From the human T2T-CHM13v2.0 reference genome, Homo sapiens: a stretch of 64,000 nt of DNA. Made by a program: the position numbers and the translations under genes. The DNA lies in the NCBI RefSeq assembly GCF_009914755.1, contig NC_060935.1. The stretch is one strand, 5' to 3'. Below are positions 18,111-29,652 of this stretch, one piece after another. Positions within the stretch are counted from its first letter, which is position 1, and every line of letters begins with the position of its first letter. The notes under the pieces are model-generated. The model searched no databases. It worked only from the letters and a program-made list of their open reading frames with translations, and had not been told where the DNA came from.

Positions 18111-21100
18111 GAGTACTAGTATATGTCATCCTTTGCCCCCATGGCATGTTCACCTTATATTTCTTTGCTGATGTTAAAACTGTTGCTATCGGTTTTGTTC
18201 ATATTTGCCTTTTTTCTTTTCACCATTTTGTACATTTTTGCTTTAAATATGTCTTTGTAGACATTGTTACATCTTTTAAAATCCAATCTGGGAGGACTGT
18301 GTGAGATAGGGGAATTTCAATGTCTCTGGAGAATTGGGGTGGAGGAAACAGATGGGCAGACCTTTGACAGAATCAGGTGGAGACAGAGAAATTTCAAGGT
18401 AGAGGAGTCTGCAAAAGGAGTTCATAATGGGCTTTCTTAATTTATTCTAACCTAAACTTGTTGGCGCCTTTGAAGTTAAGTCTGATCCCAAATGACTTAA
18501 TATGGTTTCTGAAAAAGCTGGGGTGATCCACGTGTAACCAGTTGTGCCTGTTTCAATTGGAAAGGGAATATTCAAAGGTTGGATGAAAGTTTCCTTGTGG
18601 GAAAATTCAAAAGCAGACAACCTTTACGAAACAATGGGGAAGGGAACACAAGGGAAGGAGAGAGACAGACCCTTAACCATGACATTACTGAGCATCCAAA
18701 TCCTCTCTCAGCTCCACATTCCTTAAGTTGTCACTCAACAGTTCAAGGGACTAAAAGCTTTTTGAAAAGACTGGCTCCTTTCCAAAGAACTGGCAGGCAG
18801 GGAGATAATACACATGACAAGACTGAAATACACTGAAGTCAGGGATATTTGCCTTGTAATGAGAAAATACTCAGAAGAGGACTGCCTACTGAAGTACATG
18901 ATTCATAAGAAAAAATTAGGCCTGATAGAGTAAGAGGTTTGCTGTGTAGAGGCAAACCGTATGTGCACAGTTGCTCTGCCTGATATTTGAAGCATGGAGG
19001 AAGGGGGACACGGATCCAGAAGACGTACAAACCCTTCTGCAATTCTAGTACAGATACTCTCAAAAGATTTAGAGGAAGCTATTCATATATCTTCTTGATC
19101 CCAAAATTCTGTATCTCATTTCTAATGTTTAAGGAAAAGTCTGTGGCAAATATTGTACAGAACACAGAATTAGACAGTTTCAAATACATTCAAAGGCAGA
19201 CATCTTTGAAAAATATCCTGTATGGGATATTTTCAAGGCAGAGCTATAGGGAATGTGATAGTAGACTTCCAAAAAAAAAACCTGAGGGCCATAATTTCAA
19301 CAGATTTCCTGATTTTTCTACCTCTGACAAGTAATTAATGGTGTGAGACCCTTTTGGGGAAGAGGGAAGGACAATCATCTCTCAAATTTTCCTAGCGACC
19401 TACGGCAATGTCTTAACCATCTCCAGTTCACAGACGAGCTTGGCTGCAGGTTCCCTATCTTACCTCATGAAGGACACATGAAGGATGGATGGGTGCATAT
19501 TTGCTCTGTCCTTGAACTGACCAGGAAAACTTATAGCTGGCGGCCTCAGGACCAATCAAACTGAACTTAACCTTTACAGGTTTAGACTCATGACCAGTTG
19601 GTAGCAACCGCTGCATTTATAGAGCTCTGGGAAGATCACAAGGAGATACACAGTCTACCTTGTAGCTTCTATCCTCAGACCTCTTAGACCAGGTGCCGTT
19701 GGTTCTCTGAGCTCCAAGTAAATCTATTCATTCACATAGGTATTTTGTTAACTCTACGTTCACAGAATCTCTGGGATACAAGAGCTCTCAGGAGATTCTA
19801 TGGTCCAACATACCTATATGAGGTGCCTGGCCAATGTCACACTCTGAGTGGCAGACTGGGTCTAGATCCTTCTTCTCTCAGTCTCATACCCTCCATAATG
19901 ACAATGATAATCACCAAGATTTTCGTTGGCCAGAAAATGAATACACAAACACATCTTGGTATCAGGACTTTTAAAAAAAATACATCAAATGACACCTTTT
20001 AAATCAATGACAATGGTTTCTATTCTTGTCTCCAACTCGGAAGTTGCCCTTCAAGAAACATTAGGCTTGGTAATGAGGACTCCGAAAGCCAAGAGTCCTA
20101 GATTCTATTGCAGGAACCCCAGCATGACTTTCTGTGAAACTCCTAATAAATAATTCAGTATTGCCTTGAAGCCATTGAATAGCTGGAAATAATTTGGAAC
20201 CTGGTGTCTCAAATCATTACCAAGTACACCCATACGAGAGTACTATTTCCCCTGAGAATTGTTAAAATTCCACCGAGCAAGTCCACAGTAAATTGGCATC
20301 TGGTCCCTGCCAGGTGACTCACATCAAAATTGTTATCTTTTAAAGGTCCATTTTCAGCCTGCCTTCACCAAGCCTGTCTAGTAGTTGCCTTCTGAAGGTC
20401 CAGTTCAAACCAACTAGGCCTCCTGATGGACAACAAAGAGAAAAACAGTGGTGAAAACAGAGCCACAAGCACCTAAAGGATCTATTACACTGTGTGTGGC
20501 ATGTCCATTTGGCCAGTAGAGCCTTGGGAAGCAGGCCTTCATTTATATTCTGAGTTTTTGAACACACTGACGAAAAGGGAATGGCCATTTATGGGGCCTC
20601 CATAATGTACTAGGCACAAAGTATGCCATTTTCATATTTCAATATATCCTCCCAACATCCCTTAGAGAGTAAACCTTACTTCACAGATGTGGGGCAAGTG
20701 CGGCTCAGGTCATGGGGCCTGAGTAACGTCATTCAGCTAGAAAGCGGCAGAGGTAGAATTCAGATAGTGTCGGTTTCCCAAAGATTATATTCTTTTCACA
20801 TCATATACAAAATCTCCTAAGCAAGAACACTGAAATGTTTTAAGTAAGGAGCCCATGGAAAAGATTATTTCTCATATCGCTACCAGGTGAGGCTCCTCTT
20901 TCACTGAGCAACAGACCAGAGGCTGGGTGGAGTTAGTGCCCACAGGGCAGGCCAAACTCACAGCCCATTTGTCTAAAGATGGCATCAAAGGCTGTTCACC
21001 ATGACCAGGTGAGGGCTGTTCAAATACCCTGGGCAGGCAAGGTTTCTTTAGACCAGGGGAGTAGAAAAAATTATTTATTGAAAGGCAACAGATTTTAATG

Positions 21101-21359
21101 ATGTAGAAGAGCATGGACTCTGGAGCCAGGCTGCCTGGGTTTAAAATCCCATCTCCTGTTTTGCTCCAAACAGTCCAAGGAATGTGTGCACATGAGGGTG
21201 TCTGGATGTGGGGGCAGTGCAGATGGATGGGCAGGAGCAGCCAGTGAGGTTTGCTGAAGAATGGTGAACGGGGACCTGAGGCATGCTGCATCTATTTTTG
21301 TATATGTTTAAAATGTACCGTAACAAAAGCTTAAGAATAAACAAACCAGGGCTCCTCCA

Positions 21360-21495
21360 CTCACTAGAGCTGTGTGACATGGACAGGTTTCCTGGCCTGC
21401 CTCAGCTTCTTCATGTGTAAGATTGAGTAATAATCATACCTACCTCATGAGGCTGTGTGAGAAATAAATATATGTAAAATATCAAGCTACTATTG
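21360..21495 (+). mobile_element. MIR
   Basis: gctgtgtgacatggacagg...cctcagcttcttcatgtgtaag...acctacctcatgaggctgtgtgag. Other MIR pieces lie at ~20590-20800 and ~21530-21760. Confidence 0.7.
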
Positions 21496-22950
21496 TTTAC
21501 ACAGTAACTATGAGTAACTAAGCCCCAGGCGCTAGATTTGGCTTTACAAATACACTATTTCAACTTAACCCTCCCCACAATCCTATGAGGCAAGATAACC
21601 TCTAAGTGGACTCAGAGGGGTTCCAGCAGCAAAATCTGCACCAAAACCCAAGTTTGTTCTAAAAGCCTTATTTTCTACTAGGGCTCACCTTCCTGAAAGT
21701 GACTTTACCAGTTCTTTACAGACAGGGAAACTGAGGTTCAGTGGGGTTAAGTAATCCACAATTCTGAGTGGTAGACTGGGAACTAAATGCTGATCAGGTA
21801 ATTGCAAGACATGCAGACTGGGGTCTTTCTGCTGGAGTGGACAGGCTGTCCTTGCTCCATCCTCACAGCATCTGCCCTGGGAAGGGGACTCATCAGCCGC
21901 ACAGCAGCCCCTGTGAGGAGCAGGGATGGCCGCAGACGCCTTCCTCCACCCTCCAGCCCCTGAATGAGAAAGTCCTTGGGACAGTGGCCTGCAGTCTTTC
22001 TCAGACCAGCAAGCACTGAAGTTCATAACAGAACCAAATAAAGGGGAGGAAAACAGAAACCTCAGAGGAACTTGATGCTAGCAGCCTCTGAATTTGGCAA
22101 GTATTTTAGCGAATCTCTTACCAGGGCCATTGGCCCTTGAGTGAGCATGAGGAGACACGGAGTCTCTCTGAGACCAGCTCACAGAGCGGGGCCGCAGAGC
22201 TCTGTCAGCCTGCTGAGTCCAGGCTCTCCAGGCATCAGCCAGAGAAGTCCTTCCTTTCAATAGCTGCTTCGTCTTCCAGAGAGACTCACTCCAAGAGGCC
22301 CCAAATCTCCACTAACAGCCTCTGCCATCTGTGAGCGAGTCGCGCAGCCACGGGGATTAGGAAAAGCACTTCTCTCCCCACAGATCTCCATAATCAGCAA
22401 TGACAGGAAAACAGACATCCTCAGAACAGTAACCATGAATCTGACTTCCAAAAAGAGGCTGCTCCATCAGGAACCAGGACCGCCTGAGCAGTGCTGTTAG
22501 AATAAAATGAGGCAACCATTCCAGCCAATTTGCATTGAAAACTCAGCTGGAATGCCAACAATTTGCATCCTTTCAGCTAAGAACAAAACCAAGCCTGACC
22601 TTTACTTCCAGGATCACTCTGTATTGCTGTTTGCACAAACATACCGAGTTGAAGTAGGAAAAACTAACTGGTGTAAAAAGCACCTGTCGTCACAGTCTAA
22701 TTAGAACTCTCACTTTCTAAAGCAAGCCAATTAATATACCCTTTCTGTCCCTCTCCATCTTAAAATTATCGGTCAAAAAGCATAATTTTACTCAGAAATG
22801 ATGAGCAGAGGGAGTGCTGGGGAAGGTGGAGAGAGCCACAGGAGAAAGGGAAGGGGAGGGAAGAGGGGCAGACCCGTGGGCAGGGGGAGACCCACAGACA
22901 GCACCTCCTTGCAAAACATGATAAGCATCCAGTTTAAGGCTATTATCTCC

Positions 22951-22956
22951 TTTATT
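22951..22956 (-). terminator. SMCO4: SMCO4 polyadenylation signal AATAAA
   Basis: tttatt on the + strand about 510 nt after the stop codon; a GU/U-rich downstream element follows on the minus strand. Confidence 0.75.
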
Positions 22957-23172
22957 CAAAAAATAAATATTTCACTTTGATTCAACATATTTCAAATCAC
23001 ATTAAGCACAGAGAAGAAATACAGTCCCTTTGGAGATTGTGAACACGTGTTGGAAAGAGGCATGATCCAAACAATGGGAATGAGGTGAGTGTGGATTCCA
23101 GCTGTTTCCTGACCCAGAGGTTCCATCCCTCTTCAGGTGGAGCTACTTATCGATTTTTAGGAGAGAAAAAGA

Positions 23173-23173
<1 letters not shown>

Positions 23174-23210
<37 letters not shown>

Positions 23211-23219
23211 CGCGCGCGC
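23174..23219. repeat. (CA)17-TG-(CG)4 compound microsatellite in the SMCO4 3'UTR
   Basis: Read directly from the sequence; 46 bp of uninterrupted purine-pyrimidine alternation. Confidence 0.97.
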
Positions 23220-23464
23220 TTTGAAGTCTGAAAGGCACATGAAGTGGACCATAAGGTGTATGGCACATTCACTGATAAAACATCCCCTATTCCCTCCCAA
23301 GAAAGCGGAGATACTTTAATCAAGTCAAAGACCAGAGAAGACAGGGTGCTCCTGCTTACAGCTCAGCAACATGAACATCTCTGAATATGAAAGCCATTTT
23401 TTGTTTGCGTCCCCCTCCCGCGCCTCCTCTCCCTGCCGATGGGGTCCGCGGCCGGCTGCGGGGC

Positions 23465-23644
23465 TCACTCGGTGATGGTGGGGCGCGTGGCCACGTACAC
23501 AAACACCACGATCAAGAGCACGACCACGGCCAGCGTGGGCAGTACCACTGTAGTGATCTGCTGCCGGGCCTCCTGCATGGCTTGCTTCCGCTCCTTCTTG
23601 TCCTTGGAGGTCTCCTTCTTGGGCTTCCCTTTGAGCTGCCGCAT
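23465..23644 (-). CDS. SMCO4: Single-pass membrane and coiled-coil domain protein 4 (59-aa microprotein)
   Basis: Manual translation gives MRQLKGKPKKETSKDKKERKQAMQEARQQITTVVLPTLAVVVLLIVVFVYVATRPTITE*: basic N-terminus, short coiled coil, C-terminal TM helix. In-frame upstream stop at 23660-23662; GC3-rich codons. Absent from the ORF track because it is under 60 aa. Confidence 0.97.
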   Translation of the reverse strand: MRQLKGKPKKETSKDKKERKQAMQEARQQITTVVLPTLAVVVLLIVVFVYVATRPTITE

Positions 23645-26600
23645 CTTTCCTAGAGGATGCTAGGAGGGTGTGTCCAGAGGGATTCCAGGAAGGGCCACAC
23701 TCCTCTTGCCAAGGCTGGAACCTCCTGTAGAGAGAACAACTGTGATAGTAGAGAATAAACCAAATAGAAGAAAAAATAAATCACTTAAAGGCAAATACAC
23801 AACTAGGAAAAATATCTGCAACTTACATGACAAAGGGCTAAGAACAGAGGCCACACCAGGCTCTAAGTTCTCTTGGGATCAGCGCTCTAAGTAGTGGGCA
23901 CTGGGTCACCGGTGTGCTGTGAGAGGGGCCTCCGCTCCAGCGCCAGCTGGACAAAGCCCTGGGTACCAGACAAATAATACTGTGTTCTGTACATGCCATG
24001 AGGTGAAAGGATTGGGAAGCACCAACTACGCCGCCTCCACTCAGAGGAGCGGCTCTCCCTTTCGTGGCTCTAGCTACTTGCTTTCCTGCTCTAAGTTCCA
24101 TGATCTCCCCAGCCCATCTCCAGCATGGAACTGCAGGCAGCCTGCAGTCTCCAGGCACGTAGCCCCCTTCCTGCCCAAGCCAGGCCAGCCTCATTAAGGC
24201 TGCAGAGAGCCCACAGGCATCAACTTCTCTCATCTCTTTGTTGGTTCCTTGGCCCATTCATCCAAACCTTCCCAAGCACCCACCGTGTGCCAAGCATTAC
24301 TCAAGGAGCTGAGGATAGAGATGAAGGACTCAGTTGTGTCCCCACAGAGGTCACCGTCTAGGGGGCATGATGGAGACCCGGGTCACAGTAATAATGAAGG
24401 GAGACGGCTGAGCCCACAGTCCTGCCACCCACTCAACCTGGGATTCTCCTGTTAATTCTGTAGCTCACGGAGGTGCCTAACAGGTGAAGTAGAACTTTCA
24501 GGGGCCAGAAGAATGAATACAAATGTTTGGATAACTACAGAGGAACATCTCTATAAAAGTCGGCTTCTTAGCTTTAAGCAGATGAAACAGACTTCAGCTG
24601 ATTTAAATGGAGTTTACTTAAAGGCCTTTGGCATCTCACTGATTCCCAGAAAAGCCAAAGAACCAGGCTCAGAAAATGGGCAGGACATTATGCTGTGCTG
24701 CCATAACTGGAGCCCAACTCACACTCCCAGTGTGAGGATGCCAGAGCCTGCATCACCACCGTCAGCACTGGACATGGGCACTGGAGCAGGAGGTGCCGAG
24801 CCACCATGACCACCCCCAAAAACTAGATGTGGCTGCTGGCACAGTCTCCAGATGAACTCGCCACCCCCCAGCATTCTGCATCACCAGCTTCCATGCATGT
24901 GTGACTAGCCAAGCCCCGGCCCATATGCCCACAGCCTAGCCTTCCAATTTGTACAGCAGGAAGAGTACTTTTCAAACACAGTGACGGAGTGGGGTTGGGT
25001 ATCAGGGATATATCAAAGGCAGACGTCCATTACAATATTCTCGGAGAGTAGCATGGAGTGAGGGGTTCTTGGAAGCAGAAGAGCACTGAATACCAATGTT
25101 CCTCTAGCAGAGGGACCTATGCTGTATACTGTCTGCCCTGTTTTGTCCCAGGGTAGTGGGTGGCCTGTCATCATCTTGAGGAGGAAGATGACATTTACAC
25201 CTAAGTGACCGAGGTGGTAGAATGTGAACTCAGAGTTGGGAAAGGTCTTACTGATACCATCCTGTTTTTATGAGGGATACTTAATCTCTTACCATTCCTC
25301 TCACTCCATTTAGACCCCAAAACCTTTTTTGTATCATTCAAAATCAGGCAGAGTTTCCTAAGGTATGAGATGACAAATATTATTGTGCTAGGATGGCATA
25401 ATGCCAATCAAAAGCAAACATTAAGGTTCAGCAAATATTAAGGGAAGCGCCATTTGGGCAAATGTATAATTTCCTTCATGAAATAAGGAACAGAGAGAAA
25501 AAAAAAAAACACCTACTATTACTTTCTTAAGGCCTGAAAGGTATAGGAACCCCTGGCTTTACCAATTCTCCTTTTCAAGTCTTCCAAAGGACTTCCAGGC
25601 AGACTTGCCTTCAAATCCAGGACCAATCACTTACAGGCTAAATGGCTTTGAGCAAGTCACTTAACTCCACTAGGCCTCCATGCCATCATCTGAACAATGA
25701 GAACAGCTTGTCTTAAAGGATGACTGTGAGAATCTGGAAAACAAATGCATCTGTACCCAGAGCTCTGCCCGCCCGCAGGGACGCGGTACAGGTGGGCTGA
25801 GACATCTCCACCCATACCCGTGGGCGGCCCAGGGACGGGTGCACTGAGCTCCTCTAAGCCTGACTGCAGCCTTGAGTGATGCCCACCTTCGCGGGACCGT
25901 GGTGAGGATGGAGTAGGAAGCTGTATAACTCAGGGCTTGGCACAGAGCGGGCGGCGAATTCGTGCTAGCTGACATACCAACACCTGGAACGCACCCCAAC
26001 GGCCCTGTGAGTCAGACAGACAGGCTTTATTATCCCCATCACGGAAGGGAGGAAACCAAGGAGCAAAGGGGAAAAATGTCTTGCCAACAGTCACCCAGTT
26101 TGTAAATACCCCATGGCTTCTAACAGAGCAATGGACAGCATTCCTGTTCAAAGCTGCAAATGGCAGCCTATTCTCTCCGACACGGCCTCAAAAAAATTGT
26201 TTAAAAAGAAACAAGCCATTAGCAGCACTCTGATTCGTGGCCATTTCCTTGTGGAGCTAATGGCCTGTCGGAGCCCGCTGCTGTCTCTCCCAAATTCCTC
26301 ACAGGACTGGCAGGTGGCACCCCAGGCCTGGGGCTAGCCATGCCCTGGCTGGCTGGCTAGCAGTGCTGGGCCTGACTTCCCTCCTGCACTTCATGCTGCT
26401 GTCTGCATCCACCCACACAAGTGTAGTTGACATTCAAAGGCCCCAGCCTCCACAATGACCAGTTCTCAACATTTGTAAGATGCATTCAGAAGTTCCTGGA
26501 GGCATGGAAAAAAGCCTCAAGCTGCTGGGGCCAGGGCCGGTCTGGTCAGGATTTAAAGGGCAAACATGCCCGTCTGAATCCTGGGTACTTCATCAGGCTT

Positions 26601-28854
26601 CAGGAGGAGCAGCGTCTCTGCTCTCACTCACCTGTGAGCTGGGGCAGCAAGGGAAAGCATCTCTGAGATAACGACTGGGGAGGGGACCCTATGGTGAAAA
26701 GGGACCAACCAGGAAAAAAGCTGGGAAGAGCACCAGGCAGAGGGCAGAGTGGCCTGAGCCAGGGAGGGCATGGGCACTGGGGAAGGGCGGACTCAAGAAG
26801 CGCATTGAGTGCTCTGCATGTGAGGATGCTTCTTAGACATCGTCATGGAAATAATATCAAGGAGGCAATTGGATAAATGAGTCAGGAGCTGGGTCTGGGC
26901 TGAAGATCTGTATTTGGAAGTCATCAACTATTGGATTAAGAGAGATCATGTCCAAGGCAGGCAGAGAAAGGGCCCAGGACTGAGTCCTTTCACCCTGACA
27001 GCTACAGGGCAGGAAGGGGAAGAGCAAGCATGGGGTACTCAGAGAAAAGGAGTGAGGCAAAAGAGAACGTGCTGTCGTGGGGACCAAGACAGTCAAGAAG
27101 GTCAACTGTGAGAAGACAGAGGCATTTGTGCCAGAACATAAGCGAACGCACTGCTTCCTTCCTCGGGAATATTTGGCCAGGGAAAAACTGTCAGTGGCAC
27201 GTGCTCAGTGCAGAGCTGGCTGACACTCTGCTGCAAGCCCCTCTGTCTTCCGGTAGCTTGTGATGACGGGTCTGCATGCCAGCACGCCAAACAGCACCAG
27301 GGCAGAAAACTGCTTTGAAGTTTTGTGGGAAGAATGTGTGTGGCCAAAATGGTTTTTCTTTCTTTTTCTTTAAATAATAAGCGAAACTAGAGAATGATGT
27401 TTGAGGGGTCTAATAGAATGGGAGAAAACCCTGACACTGAAAAAAGAAGAGGTCTCTGTAGGAGCAAGACAAGAAGCTGAATGGACAGACCTGCCTTCGA
27501 GAGGCAAAGGACCCTTTGAACTCAACAAGAGGAGGTAGGAAGATGGCACTGGGGGCGAGGGGTGGCTCCGTACTGTGAGGGTTGGGGGACTAAAGGCTTC
27601 TGTTTTTTTCAATGAAATAGGAGAAGGTTTCAGCTTAAAGTCTGGGAAGTTGGGAGGCAGACTCAGGGAAAGAGAAATCAAGAAGCAATCACTTTTGGAG
27701 GGTGGAAAGGCCACCACAGAGCACTGTCCATGCCCGCCTCCCTCTGGGCTAAGGATCGCCTCACCATGGCTCTGGGCCCAGGGGCTGCACCGGGCGGCCT
27801 CCTGGGCCAGGGCTGGCTCAAGCACATCTGCTAGGACCTCTGAAATGTGGGCTTGCCTAAAGGAGAAGCTGGGCCAACTGGCCTCTACTTCAAGAATCTA
27901 AGAGACATGAATGGACACTGAAGTTGGACAATCACACAGTTGTAGTCACCAGGGAAGCCAGGTGGGAGAGAGGGCTGGGGGTGGAGGGAGCACTCCAGAG
28001 AGGCCACAAGAGAAGCCTCCACACTCTCCTCCTTCTAGTCAAGTCCCCTGTGAGGCCAGCTCTACACAGGTTCCTGTCCTCAGGGTACTCCGACGTGTCT
28101 CTGTATGTGATGAACGCCTCTTTCAACTTTGGCTGGCTCCAAGGGGTCTCTGTCCCTTACACTGGAAAGAGCTCTGCCTAAAATGACTGCTCCAGTTTCA
28201 CAAGGAAGAATCCAAGGCCCTGCCACTGACACAAAAGAAAGGACTGGCAGAGTCAAAGGTCAAACCCACATCTGTGACTCTGAAGCCTGGACAGTCCCCA
28301 CCTTCCTGGGTGTACCCCACTTATCTTCCCACCCTTCGCCCACTTTGTGCCCCCATCATGGTTCAGCAGCCCCTTGCAGAGAAAAATAAATGAAGCTCAC
28401 ACGCTCAGCCTGGCTTCTGCCCAGCAAGCAGCTCAGGCAGGATGGAAGATGCAGCCTCCAGCTTCTCAAATGCCAGTGCCCCACGGCCTCTAGCTTCCCT
28501 AACCAGGGAAACGGAAACTTCACAAATGCCTGAGTTCTACTAATTCTAATGAAACTCCACCTGCTATGCTCCTACCCCCCACCAGCACACACCCACGGCA
28601 ACCGGTCAGCATGGGGACACTCCAAATGGTCCCCAGTATGTGTGGGCAGGAGACCAGAGGCAGAGAGGAGGAAAGCAGGGACGCATTCTTCAGCACAGAA
28701 TTGTTTGTGATTTTTTTTCTGTGATTAGAACTTTCCCGTCTTTTCCTACTTATGTATATAGATATGCATGTATGCACACATGCTAACTTCTTATATGCAC
28801 TTTTCTCCGATTTGGAGATTATAATGTACACAGAGTGTTAGATCCTATTAAGGA

Positions 28855-29085
28855 ATGGTAGGAACACAGGTTTGAAGTCGGGTTTGTGCCTTAGCTCTGC
28901 CCCATCTGGTTAAACGATCTTGGACAAGGTACTAAATCTCTCACGTCCCGACTCTCCTCCTCTGTAAAATGGGTAAGAAACCTGTTTTGCAGACATCGAA
29001 AAATTAGAAATAATGTATTATCTGAAGTATGCAGTGGATGAACAGGCCATACCAGAGGCTCAATAAATGGTACACAGTAACTTGC
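28855..29085 (+). mobile_element. MIR
   Basis: gatcttggacaaggtactaaatctctc...cctctgtaaaatgggtaag...ggctcaataaatgg. Confidence 0.7.
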
Positions 29086-29339
29086 TGTCCAGCGAGGTCT
29101 GTGCTGTGGAGATGTACATGAATCTGGGAAACACCAGGGAATTCTTTTTTTTTTTTTTTGCACCATATAACCCATGCATGACAAAATCCCCCAGGTTTTC
29201 TCTTTTCCCTGAGGTACCAATTAGCTGTTGGGCAGGTTTGTTCAAAGGTTTGATGCGAGAAGCCTGGTTCAGGCTCTCAGGGGAAGGTCTAAGACAAGGA
29301 AGATCACTTTCAACTCTCATCACCCCAGACCTGCTAACC

Positions 29340-29652
29340 CTGTGCAGCCAATGCAGCAGCCACCGGCCATGTGTTGAACATCTGCAATATGGCTGTGGTC
29401 CAAAATCAGCTGTGCTGTGGTATAAAATACACACAAGATTTTGAAGGCTTAGTACCAAAAGAAAGAATGCCAAATAGCTCATTAAAAGTTATTTATGCTG
29501 ATTATATGTTGAAATAATGTTTTGAATATACTGGGTTAAATAAAATCTATTATTAAAATCGATTTCACCTGTTTTCTTTTCTGTTTTAATGTGGCTACTA
29601 GAAAAGTTTTAAATTCCATGAGTAGCTGGCATTATACTTTTACCGGACAGCT
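29340..29652 (-). mobile_element. MER33 (hAT-Charlie) DNA transposon
   Basis: gatttcacctgtttt...aatgtggctactagaaaa...ggacagc matches the reverse complement of MER33. Confidence 0.8.

Larger units (their letters stand above)
22930..23724 (-). other. SMCO4: SMCO4 terminal exon (80-nt 5'UTR part, CDS and 3'UTR); 3' end approximate
   Basis: Acceptor gttgttctctctacAG|GAGG at 23725/23724; CpG-rich core at 23400-23645; poly(A) signal at 22951-22956. Confidence 0.85.

Noticed and set aside
19210-19233. Hairpin aaaatatcc-N6-ggatatttt
   Set aside because: A short AT-rich inverted repeat, expected by chance in 64 kb.
23082-23090. Plus-strand donor GAG|GTGAGT in the SMCO4 3'UTR
   Set aside because: No matching exon or promoter evidence for an antisense transcript.
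23387-23663. Plus-strand ORFs of 88 and 74 aa over SMCO4
   Set aside because: Antisense shadow ORFs of a GC-rich CDS, with no independent support.
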